A stretch of DNA of 64,000 nt. Origin: an uncultured Pseudomonadales bacterium. Lineage in GTDB: Bacteria > Patescibacteriota > Microgenomatia > UBA1400 > PJMF01. The stretch covers positions 96,843-160,842 of the forward strand of contig CAYMSV010000002.1 in the NCBI GenBank assembly GCA_964393205.1, written 5' to 3'. Below, piece by piece: positions 48,951 through 57,320 of the stretch. Every line of letters begins with the position of its first letter. The first letter of the stretch is position 1. The position numbers and the translations under genes were made by a program. The notes under the pieces are model-generated. The model ran no database searches and was not told the DNA's origin. It saw nothing but the letters and a program-made list of their open reading frames with translations.

Positions 48951-50102
48951 CTATTTGTAAGCAACTGGCAAATCTGTCTGAACAATGGATAAACTCATTC
49001 GACGTTGTTCTGGAACTACATTTTCTACATTAACTGTCACTTCATCACCAACTTTGAGCTCTTTACTTGGATCAAGTTTGGTAGAGTGAATTAAGCCATC
49101 AACGCCTTTTTCCACGTTAACAAAAACACCAAATGGTTCGATACGAGTAACCTTACCAGTAAAGGTGGTACCAGCCGCATAACGTGACTCTAAAGTGGTC
49201 CAGGGGTCTTCTTCTAACTGTTTAATAGATAAATTTAATTTATTGGTTCTCTCATCAATACCTAGCACCTTAACTTTAATTCTGTCACCAACCTTATGAT
49301 AATCTCTGGGATGATTAACCTTTTCCCATGAAATTTCAGAAATATGAATTAAACCTTCAATATAACCAGTACTATCCTTATCATCCTCATCTTTAACTGG
49401 TACTTCTACCGTAACAAATAAGCCAAAATGCATAACTCCGGAAACTACTCCCTCGTAAATCTCACCCTCCTTAACACTTTCGACTGCCAAATCTTTTTGA
49501 GCTAGTTCTTTGGCTTCACTCACATGTCGTTCAGAGAAAATCAAACGATTTTTCTCTCGATCAACTTCAATTGCCTTAACCTTAAATGTTTCTCCTTTAA
49601 GAGAGGCAATTTTACCCATATATTGACGCCCAAATTGACTAGAAGGTACAAAACCTCTTACCCCATTAACCAAAACAATTAATCCACCACGATTTAACTC
49701 TACTCCTTTAGCTTCTATGCTCAAGTCCTTATCAAGCGCTTCCTCAAAATATTCCCATTTAGCATCAGAAGCTGCTCCTTTCAGGGATAAGAGCACTTGA
49801 CCATTTTCATAATCAGTAGAAACGACAATTGCTTTAATTTCATCACCAACTTTTAAATCATCAATAAAGTCGCTAGCAAATTCGAATTCTTTGTCAGCTA
49901 CATAAGCTTCTGTTTTAGATCCTAAATCAATAACTAAATTTTTCTTATTTTTTTCAACGATAACACCAGTTATTGTGTCCCCTTTGTGAGGGACAACTAA
50001 TTTATCAGCATTAGCTTTTAAAAGCTCCTCCATGTTCATTTTTTTTGTACTCTTAGCCATATCAAAATAGTTCCTTTCTTTTTGATCTGTGTATTGTAAC
50101 AC
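48951..50102 (-). CDS. rpsA: 30S ribosomal protein S1 (four S1 domains)
   Basis: 383 aa containing repeated S1 OB-fold units (GDTITGVIVE..., GDEIKAIVV..., GEIYEGVVSGVMHFGLFV..., GTTFTGKVTRIEPFGVFV...). Confidence 0.85.
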   Translation of the reverse strand: MLQYTDQKERNYFDMAKSTKKMNMEELLKANADKLVVPHKGDTITGVIVEKNKKNLVIDLGSKTEAYVADKEFEFASDFIDDLKVGDEIKAIVVSTDYENGQVLLSLKGAASDAKWEYFEEALDKDLSIEAKGVELNRGGLIVLVNGVRGFVPSSQFGRQYMGKIASLKGETFKVKAIEVDREKNRLIFSERHVSEAKELAQKDLAVESVKEGEIYEGVVSGVMHFGLFVTVEVPVKDEDDKDSTGYIEGLIHISEISWEKVNHPRDYHKVGDRIKVKVLGIDERTNKLNLSIKQLEEDPWTTLESRYAAGTTFTGKVTRIEPFGVFVNVEKGVDGLIHSTKLDPSKELKVGDEVTVNVENVVPEQRRMSLSIVQTDLPVAYK

Positions 50103-50173
50103 AAGTATCTAGCAGTTTCCTCTAAAAAAAGGCACTGAGCTTCGTAATTAAACGATTGGAAATCAGGATTTAC

Positions 50174-50905
50174 TCATTTTGATATTTCAATCAATCTGTT
50201 GCAATATTTTTTTAAGTGATCAACAAAATGGCTGACCAATATGAGGGTAACATCGTTATTAAACATCTTTTTCATTACTTGCCTAGACTTTTCTTGAAAA
50301 TCCCTGTCTCCCATACTCATTACCTCATCCAACAAGAGAATGTTAGGTTTTGCATGAATAGCTATACTAAAACCCAACCTCAACTTCATTCCATTAGAAT
50401 AAGTATATAAAGGAGCAGTAACAAAATCTCCAATTCCAGCAAAATCAATTATTTGATTAAATTTGTCTCTAATCTCTTCTCTAGACATACCAATAACTAA
50501 ACCGTTTAAAAAAATATTTTCTTGTCCAGTTAAATCTGGATGAAAACCGGCCGCTAAATCTATTAAAGAAATAATCCTCCCTTTTGTCTGTACTTTTCCA
50601 GAAGTTGGCGAACTAATTCTAGCAATAATTTTTAGTAAAGTTGTTTTTCCAGCACCATTTGCTCCGAAAAGACCAATTTTTTCTCCCTTGTGAATTTTTA
50701 AATTAACATTTTCTAAGGCCCAATACTCCTCTTTTTTTTCAAAACGTAAAATTCGATTAACGTCCTCAATGAGAGTTGGTTTATCGTGGGTAATAATATA
50801 TTTTTTACTAACATCAGTTAAATTGATTACTACCTCACCAGATTTTTTTCTATTACGCAAAGTTTTTTCTTTAAAAACTGTCATATTTCTCCAAATTATA
50901 ACCAA
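50174..50905 (-). CDS. ABC transporter ATP-binding protein, Wzt/TagH/KpsT type (polysaccharide export)
   Basis: Walker A GANGAGKTT, signature-like YSNGMKLRLGFSIAIH and Walker B ILLLDEV. No C-terminal substrate-binding extension. It overlaps the upstream permease gene. Confidence 0.8.
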   Translation of the reverse strand: MVIIWRNMTVFKEKTLRNRKKSGEVVINLTDVSKKYIITHDKPTLIEDVNRILRFEKKEEYWALENVNLKIHKGEKIGLFGANGAGKTTLLKIIARISSPTSGKVQTKGRIISLIDLAAGFHPDLTGQENIFLNGLVIGMSREEIRDKFNQIIDFAGIGDFVTAPLYTYSNGMKLRLGFSIAIHAKPNILLLDEVMSMGDRDFQEKSRQVMKKMFNNDVTLILVSHFVDHLKKYCNRLIEISK

Positions 50906-51702
50906 TCATCAAAATTGACATTTTCTTTTTTGAAAACACGATAACCAAAGTAAAAAATGCCAATAATTAAAATAACTGCTACCCAAATAAAGTTTATTAA
51001 AGTAATAGGCAATCCCATCAAAGCAAAGTGAAATAATTCAATAATAGTTGTCATAGGATTTAAATAAAAAATTGGCCACAAAAATTCTGGCAATAAGTTT
51101 AGTGCATAGATCACTGGAGTGGCATAGAACCACAACATAACTGCCAACTGAATTATAAAATTGATATCACGAAACCTGACGTTTAAAGAAGAAGTAAAAA
51201 GCGATAAACCAATTGTAAAAAACAATAACAAAATTAACGCTGGAAAAAGCCATAACATACGTGAGACATAAAAAACCAGTTGTATTAAGCCATAATTTTC
51301 AAAAAATAATTTGTCTCCAATTAAAGCGCCTATTAATAATAATAAAGCTACTAAAAAATGAAAGAAATTGGAAAAAATAATTGATAAAACAATACTTTCT
51401 CTAGGAAATTTGGCCTTTTTAATTAAATTTCTCTCATAAAAAAAAGCTGGAGTAGATTTGGTCAAACTTTGAGAAAAAAAGTTCCAAGGCAAAAGTCCTG
51501 CAAATAAATATAGAAAATAGTTATCAACAGAAACCGGTACAAAAAACTGAAAAACAAAACCCATAACCACCATTTGTAAAATTGGATTTAAAATTATCCA
51601 CAAAAAACCAAAAGTAGCTCGTTTATAGCGAGCTTTAATCTCTTTTTCAGTCATGGCTACTAAAAAATCAAACCAGTGACGTCGCTTATTCTTCAAGAAC
51701 AT
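50896..51702 (-). CDS. ABC-2 type transporter permease (Wzm/TagG-like)
   Basis: 268 aa with six TM. The N-terminus (EIKARYKRATFGFLWIILNP) matches the ABC-2 permease N-terminal amphipathic helix motif. Confidence 0.7.
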   Translation of the reverse strand: MFLKNKRRHWFDFLVAMTEKEIKARYKRATFGFLWIILNPILQMVVMGFVFQFFVPVSVDNYFLYLFAGLLPWNFFSQSLTKSTPAFFYERNLIKKAKFPRESIVLSIIFSNFFHFLVALLLLIGALIGDKLFFENYGLIQLVFYVSRMLWLFPALILLLFFTIGLSLFTSSLNVRFRDINFIIQLAVMLWFYATPVIYALNLLPEFLWPIFYLNPMTTIIELFHFALMGLPITLINFIWVAVILIIGIFYFGYRVFKKENVNFDDWL

Positions 51703-51869
51703 AAATTAATTTTATTATTATATATCCATTCTAAAACATTTGTTCGTTGGGCACTCAAACTTCGAACGGCTATAGCTTAAAATAAAACAATTTTATTGAC
51801 AAGCCTCATAAATAATTAAGTAACAATTGTAATTCAATTAGCAAATGAGACTGCTTTGATTATTATTTT

Positions 51870-53576
51870 TTATTTTAACTTGCTTTGTTTTTTTATTAAA
51901 AATATAACCTCTGGCGAATAATTTTCATTTTGATCTACAAAATAATAAGAGCTAAGAGTTAAAAATAAGTGCCTATTGTGCACATCTATATTTTTTAAGT
52001 TAAATAAAACTTCTTGTAAACATGCTTCTGATTCTTGAATAATTAATTCTGTTTCATAATTTCCCGAATCACAAATCAAAAAATAATAATCAATATTATT
52101 CAAAAAATGAGTGTGATCTGAAAGAAAACGGATAAATAGATTATAATTTTCTACAGACCGTTCTTCATTAAAGCTCGATTTATTTATAAAAAAATCGTTA
52201 GATTGAGCTATATGTCTTAATAATCTTAAATAATTTAAGGAATTATTGGCGTCATAAGTAAATGTATCTTCTCCAAAGTTTGCCTTGTTTAAAACCATTG
52301 TTCTGCTTCTTTCTAAATTTTTTGTGACAATCTCATCAGCAATTAAGTTAGAAACTTTCTCATAAGAATAAATGGTTCCCGAAGACCACTTGTCAGATTT
52401 AAAAATAAGAAAAGAGTTTCGAATATTTATATAAAAATAAATAGATAAAAAAATAATAACAGGTAACAGTAAACAAATTTTTAGAAAGCTGTTTGCTTTG
52501 AAACTTAAAATAAGCTCTAAACCTATGGCCAATAAAATAAAAAACAAGAAAAACAGAACATCAAGTCTGTGAAAGTCTTGAGCTCCTGCTATATTCAATA
52601 GATAAACAATGGCTAAAATCCACAAATATAAAAAGGGATTAATATAAATTTTAGTTAAAAAATTAAGTCTTTTTTTATAAAAAACTAACAAACTGAACAA
52701 AAAAAACAAAAATAAAAAAAATAATAAATGAAGTTGTGGGGAAACATCCCAAGAAAAGAAAACTTGAGATAAAATTTTAGAAATGTTGAAAAAAGTTTCA
52801 ACTATTATTTCAGAATTAATGCTTACATTATCTCGAAAAATTCCTAATACAGAAGAAAGCCGTGAGAAAAAACCAAAATTTATCTCGTTGACCAATAAGG
52901 GAAGATAAACTAATAGTATAAATACTGAGTTACTCAATAAAATATAAATTAAACTTTTTATCTTGGAATAAGCTTCAATTCTGTTAAAAAAAACATATGA
53001 ATAATATAAAACTATTGGTAAAACAAAGATCGGAGAAGGATAAATTGATAAAGATATAAAAAATAAAAATTGTCCTAAGAATAAGTATGGTTTTTTCTTC
53101 ATTCTTAAAGATAAAGTTAGAAACAAAAACGATAGTGATAAAAAAAACAATACAGGGTGAGGATGCCAAATCATTCTGCTAACATGAATAAAATAGTGAC
53201 TAATTGAAAAAATTGCAATAAATAAAACAGCAATGCCTTTATTTTTGCTTAAAATATAAACTAAAAAAGAAAAAATAATAACAGTCAAGAAACCCATTAA
53301 AGCAAATAACGCAGAAATAATTTTTATTTCGCCTCCAGCAATAAAATATAAGAATGCTATTAGGTAAAGGTAGGTCGGTGGAATCACAACATCTACCAAC
53401 TCTAAAGTTGGACCCAAAAGGGGTAACTTTTTAAATTGATTAATTTGCCTGGCTTTCTCTAATTCATATCCTGAATCACCATACAAAGTATTGGCTTGCA
53501 GATTATAAAATCTTAAATATGCAGCTAATATTATAAAAAATAAGACAAGTAAAAATATAAATTTATTTCTTTTCAT
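51870..53576 (-). CDS. GT-C fold glycosyltransferase (PMT/ArnT family-like), paralog B
   Basis: 568 aa; N-terminal ~150 aa are highly similar to 47195-48817. Confidence 0.5.
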   Translation of the reverse strand: MKRNKFIFLLVLFFIILAAYLRFYNLQANTLYGDSGYELEKARQINQFKKLPLLGPTLELVDVVIPPTYLYLIAFLYFIAGGEIKIISALFALMGFLTVIIFSFLVYILSKNKGIAVLFIAIFSISHYFIHVSRMIWHPHPVLFFLSLSFLFLTLSLRMKKKPYLFLGQFLFFISLSIYPSPIFVLPIVLYYSYVFFNRIEAYSKIKSLIYILLSNSVFILLVYLPLLVNEINFGFFSRLSSVLGIFRDNVSINSEIIVETFFNISKILSQVFFSWDVSPQLHLLFFLFLFFLFSLLVFYKKRLNFLTKIYINPFLYLWILAIVYLLNIAGAQDFHRLDVLFFLFFILLAIGLELILSFKANSFLKICLLLPVIIFLSIYFYINIRNSFLIFKSDKWSSGTIYSYEKVSNLIADEIVTKNLERSRTMVLNKANFGEDTFTYDANNSLNYLRLLRHIAQSNDFFINKSSFNEERSVENYNLFIRFLSDHTHFLNNIDYYFLICDSGNYETELIIQESEACLQEVLFNLKNIDVHNRHLFLTLSSYYFVDQNENYSPEVIFLIKKQSKLK

Positions 53577-53738
53577 CTAAAAAAACAAAAAAATAATAAA
53601 GGCTAATTAATAGTATCACCCTCCAGTTGAAAACAATACTAACACTTATATTAACCAGCAACTTATAAAAAAATTAAAACCACATTTATTAACTATTTGT
53701 GTATTTGTGTATTATAGTTACAATGAGAAAATATCATT

Positions 53739-54986
53739 ATGTTTGGCGTTAAAACTAAAATTATTAATCGATTGAAGAAAAATTTTTATAATATTAATTT
53801 TAATAGTTTAACGTCTTCTGTAAAAAGAAAAACTTTAGCCTTGCTAGTAAAATCAGAACTAGAGAGAGAACTTCAATACGTAGATATTCAACAACCCATA
53901 GCTAAAAAAACCAATCATTTTGCTTCTTATATACTAAAAAAAACCACTGACTATATGCCAAATAATTTGGGCAATTGGTCAATTAAAAAACCAGGCACTC
54001 TGAGTGGAAAACTCGAACTAACCATCATTGAAACTCTAAAAAAACAATACAATTGTAACAAAGAGATTGTTGGTCATTTTGGATCAGGGACAACAGAGGG
54101 CAATATTTATGCTGCCTGGATTGGAAGAAATTACTTATCCAAAAAACTAAAAAGCAAAAATTTTGATAAGCTGATCCTAATCAAAAGTAGTTTAAGCCAC
54201 TATTCTCTTGATAAAGCAAGCGATATTATAGGCATTAAAAACTTTGAAGTTAGTATTGATCAAACTAAGTTCAATCTTGATTTAGCAGAATTTGAGCTCA
54301 TCATTAATAAACTTTATAAGCGTGGCTACAGAGGTTTCTTAGTTCCCCTCACTCTAGGCTATACCGTGACAGGCACCGATGATGATTATCTTGCAATTAT
54401 TAAAATTGTAGAAAAATTTAAGAAAGAAAAAAAAGATTGTGAATTCTTCATATGGCTTGATGCTGCCTTCACTGGAATAAGTAAAATATTTGATCAAAAA
54501 AAATTTGAACCATTTAAAAACAAACAAATACAATTATTAAGTACAGATTTACATAAATTTTTAGCCGTTCCTTATCCGGCTAGCGTTTTGCTTTACAGAA
54601 AAAATTTGCTAAAACATGTTGCCAAGCCAATTCCCTACATTGATCAACTAGATAGTACTTTACTGGGTTCTAGATCTGGAAACATGGTTATAGCTAGTTG
54701 GTTTACCTTAATTAACTTAAATCATCAAAAAATGCGCAAGCTCATTAACGAGAGCCTGAAGGAAAAAGAAAATTACTTAGACAAAATTGTCAAAGAGAAA
54801 ATCAAGGTTACCATCATTAATAATAAAAATAGTTTACAAGCTTGTTTAATTTCTCACAATAAAAAAGCTGACGAAATATTATCTAAAAAATATGGTCTCT
54901 CTAGCATCGAATATCCTCTACTAATTAAAAATAAGACACAAGTTACCAAGATTTATAAATTATATTTTTTTACAACACTGAGATAA
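53739..54986 (+). CDS. PLP-dependent group II decarboxylase-like protein
   Basis: 415 aa. HFGSGTTEGNIYAAWIGRN resembles the Gly-rich cofactor loop. STDLHKFLAVPYP is the S-x-x-HK PLP-lysine motif of MfnA/GAD/SPL-type enzymes. WLDAAFTG is also present. Confidence 0.5.
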   Translation: MFGVKTKIINRLKKNFYNINFNSLTSSVKRKTLALLVKSELERELQYVDIQQPIAKKTNHFASYILKKTTDYMPNNLGNWSIKKPGTLSGKLELTIIETLKKQYNCNKEIVGHFGSGTTEGNIYAAWIGRNYLSKKLKSKNFDKLILIKSSLSHYSLDKASDIIGIKNFEVSIDQTKFNLDLAEFELIINKLYKRGYRGFLVPLTLGYTVTGTDDDYLAIIKIVEKFKKEKKDCEFFIWLDAAFTGISKIFDQKKFEPFKNKQIQLLSTDLHKFLAVPYPASVLLYRKNLLKHVAKPIPYIDQLDSTLLGSRSGNMVIASWFTLINLNHQKMRKLINESLKEKENYLDKIVKEKIKVTIINNKNSLQACLISHNKKADEILSKKYGLSSIEYPLLIKNKTQVTKIYKLYFFTTLR

Positions 54987-54988
54987 TA

Positions 54989-55834
54989 ATGACACAATCA
55001 TCAATTAAAAAAATCTATCATCAATCCAAATTTAATCTGGGTTTCAAAAGAAACTTAGAAAAATATTTCGGTTTTGAAACTTTTTTGAAAAACCAATACA
55101 ACAAAAGTAAGTTCTTTTTTGATAATAAAATTATTTACCCCGTATTTGCAAAAATTAGTCATTATTTATATCAACAAGTTATTGATTATTACGGAGCTGA
55201 TTATAGGTGGAACGATCAAAAAAGCCAAAATATAGATAAAAAAACCAATAATTATGGCTATGGTCTCTTTCATTACTCAATGATTAGAAATCAAAAACCA
55301 AAGCGTGTTTTATGTATCGGTTCAATGTACGGGTATATTCCCTACATGATGGCTAAAGCCTGCCAAGATAATAATTTTGGTAGCATTGATTTTGTTGACG
55401 CTAATTATAATCTTAAAGATGATGAGAATAATCAGAATCATTATTTTGGAGAAGGTTTCTGGAATAAAGACCGCGTAGCAAATCATTTTAATTATTTATT
55501 GAATCAAAAATTCATAAACACCTACGTCATGCGCACTGATCAATTTGCTCATAAATATTCAAGTAGAAAATACGATTATGTTTGCTTAGACGGGGATCAT
55601 TCATACAAAGGAGTAAAAACAGATTTTAAGCTATTTTGGCCAAAAATTAAGAAGAATGGCTTTCTTTGTTTACATGATATTGATCTTGTAGTTGACCCTA
55701 AAAATCCAGATTTTATGAATTTAGAGTTCAACTATAAAAAATTTTGGGAAGAATTAGTAGCAAAAAAGAGTTTTCAATATAAATTTGAAATCTCTAATCA
55801 ATATTCAGGCCTAGGTTTTATTCAAAAAAAATAA
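54989..55834 (+). CDS. Class I SAM-dependent methyltransferase (Methyltransf_24 / CmcI-TylF-like)
   Basis: 281 aa with VLCIGSMYGY and DYVCLDGDHSYKGVKTDFKLFWPKIKKNGFLCLHDI. These are typical of the cephalosporin hydroxylase / macrocin O-MTase-like family. Confidence 0.55.
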   Translation: MTQSSIKKIYHQSKFNLGFKRNLEKYFGFETFLKNQYNKSKFFFDNKIIYPVFAKISHYLYQQVIDYYGADYRWNDQKSQNIDKKTNNYGYGLFHYSMIRNQKPKRVLCIGSMYGYIPYMMAKACQDNNFGSIDFVDANYNLKDDENNQNHYFGEGFWNKDRVANHFNYLLNQKFINTYVMRTDQFAHKYSSRKYDYVCLDGDHSYKGVKTDFKLFWPKIKKNGFLCLHDIDLVVDPKNPDFMNLEFNYKKFWEELVAKKSFQYKFEISNQYSGLGFIQKK

Positions 55835-55839
55835 TTTAT

Positions 55840-56802
55840 TTATACTTTTATCAATGCTTTTTTCAATCTTTGACGAATTGTATACCACAAATTAAACATA
55901 TAGATTGTCTTATCCTCAACACCAGCCTCTTTAAAAGAGTTTCTTCTATCAACACAGGTGGCACAAGCATCACCACATTGAAATAGCTTATGTTGATAAC
56001 AAGACCAAGTTTTTTCAAAAGGAACCTTTAAATGTTTACCTAGCTTAATTGTTTCTTTTTTATCTAACATAAGCCCCATTTCCCTTTCCAAAAAAACTGA
56101 TGAAAAATTCCAATCATATTCAGCTTTAGCGCCACAAATGGACAATAAGGTTGTTCTAAGCGAAGTAAAGGATTGGCTAGGAATCACAAAACCGTCAGAA
56201 AAATTTATACCTGTATATATATCTTTAATGTTAATGCCCTTGGTATATTTTAAATAATCAGCATAAAACACTGCATAAAAAGACATTAAATAAGGTGAGA
56301 TTCCATTAGCTCTAGTAATTACAACGTTAGATTGATTATTAACCATCTTATTGTTTTGGTTGAAATTATTTAGTAAATCATTGGCAGTGAGAAGTTTTTC
56401 ATTACTTAAGTCTAAAACTTCTTTTGGAGTAGGATTAACATGTAAATGAAAAGGTTTTATGTAATTCTCTGGATATTTTGCTGAAAAATGTTTTTCTAAA
56501 TTTTTAACGGCTCTCAACTCTCTCTTAGCTCTTTTCTTTAATCCTCTATCAATAATTAAAGGATAAACTTGATAATTATATATATCCAATAAAGCAGCCC
56601 AAGCTACGGTCGAATCTATCCCTCCAGAAAGCAATAAAATAACTTTTGTTTTAGCTTTTGGTTTGCGAAATACATAACCCCTTTTTTTGATAAAAAAATT
56701 ATCAACAGCGTCAATTAAATCCAAATCTTCTACTTTTCTTTCTTTAAGCAAATTATCAAACCTTGATTTTGAAATTTTAGGCAAATATTTCTTTTTTCTC
56801 AT
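55840..56802 (-). CDS. QueC-like (ExsB family) PP-loop ATPase, extended
   Basis: 320 aa. The PP-loop is VILLLSGGIDSTVAWAAL. The C-terminal segment WSCYQHKLFQCGDACATCVDRRNSFKEAGVEDKT matches the QueC Zn-binding tail (CY...CG.C..C..R..GF..AG..D). There is an extra ~50 aa N-terminal basic extension. Confidence 0.55.
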   Translation of the reverse strand: MRKKKYLPKISKSRFDNLLKERKVEDLDLIDAVDNFFIKKRGYVFRKPKAKTKVILLLSGGIDSTVAWAALLDIYNYQVYPLIIDRGLKKRAKRELRAVKNLEKHFSAKYPENYIKPFHLHVNPTPKEVLDLSNEKLLTANDLLNNFNQNNKMVNNQSNVVITRANGISPYLMSFYAVFYADYLKYTKGINIKDIYTGINFSDGFVIPSQSFTSLRTTLLSICGAKAEYDWNFSSVFLEREMGLMLDKKETIKLGKHLKVPFEKTWSCYQHKLFQCGDACATCVDRRNSFKEAGVEDKTIYMFNLWYTIRQRLKKALIKV

Positions 56803-56911
56803 CGGCTTTCATCTTAATCTAAAGACTCCTGCTTTTCAAGAAAAAAGAAACATCATAACGATCGTTGACAACTCCTAATAATTGAGTCTAGAATAATAAA
56901 GAGATAAAAAT

Positions 56912-56989
56912 ATGAAAAAATATACAAAACCAAGCCTGAAAAAAAGCAAAATCAAGATAAACTTTGCTTTTACTATTGTCAAAACATAA
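56912..56989 (+). CDS. Small ORF (25 aa), candidate precursor/leader peptide
   Basis: ATG at 56912 with AAAGAG 8 nt upstream. It translates to MKKYTKPSLKKSKIKINFAFTIVKT* and ends 22 nt before the PqqD-like gene on the same strand. It is not in the ORF track. Confidence 0.25.
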   Translation: MKKYTKPSLKKSKIKINFAFTIVKT

Positions 56990-57011
56990 ATTAGAAAATT
57001 TATAATCCTTT

Positions 57012-57320
57012 ATGTTTAATTCTGAAAAACTGTTTTCTAGTTTTGTTTTTTGTCGCTCAAGTGTTAATTTTAGCAAAAAAAAAGATACTTTCTTAGTTTT
57101 ATCTCAAGACCGCAAACACATTCTGGAACTTAAAGATGTATCTTTTAGTATTTGGCAAAATTTAGAAAAACCAATCTCTTTTTCTGCATTGATAAAGAAA
57201 CTCCAAAAGGAGTATGACGTGGCAGAAGAAGTTTTAGAAAAAGATTTAAAATCTTGGTTAAAAGAAGCTTTAAAAGAAAAGATTATTAAAAAAGTAAAAT
57301 TAAACAACCTTAATCATTAA
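57012..57320 (+). CDS. PqqD-like protein (RiPP recognition element family)
   Basis: 102 aa. The stretch FLVLSQDRKHILELKDVSFSIWQNLEKPISFSALIKKLQKEYDVAEEVLEKDLKSWLKEALKEKII follows the PqqD pattern (l.l.....g..y.LN.tg..iW.ll.g..t..ei...l...Y.v......Dv..fl..L...gli). Confidence 0.55.
   Translation: MFNSEKLFSSFVFCRSSVNFSKKKDTFLVLSQDRKHILELKDVSFSIWQNLEKPISFSALIKKLQKEYDVAEEVLEKDLKSWLKEALKEKIIKKVKLNNLNH

Noticed and set aside
51703-51869. TTGACA hexamer and a tRNA-like GGTTCGAA-type string (cttcgaacggctatagc) in the intergenic region
   Set aside because: There are no flanking GC-rich stems or cloverleaf, so no tRNA is called. The TTGACA hexamer is on the plus strand while both flanking genes are on the minus strand, so no promoter is called.
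56888-57076. 62 aa minus-strand ORF overlapping the 25-codon ORF and the PqqD-like start
   Set aside because: It conflicts with the plus-strand small ORF + PqqD-like arrangement, which I consider better supported by motif content. It has no recognisable features. I cannot exclude it without expression data.
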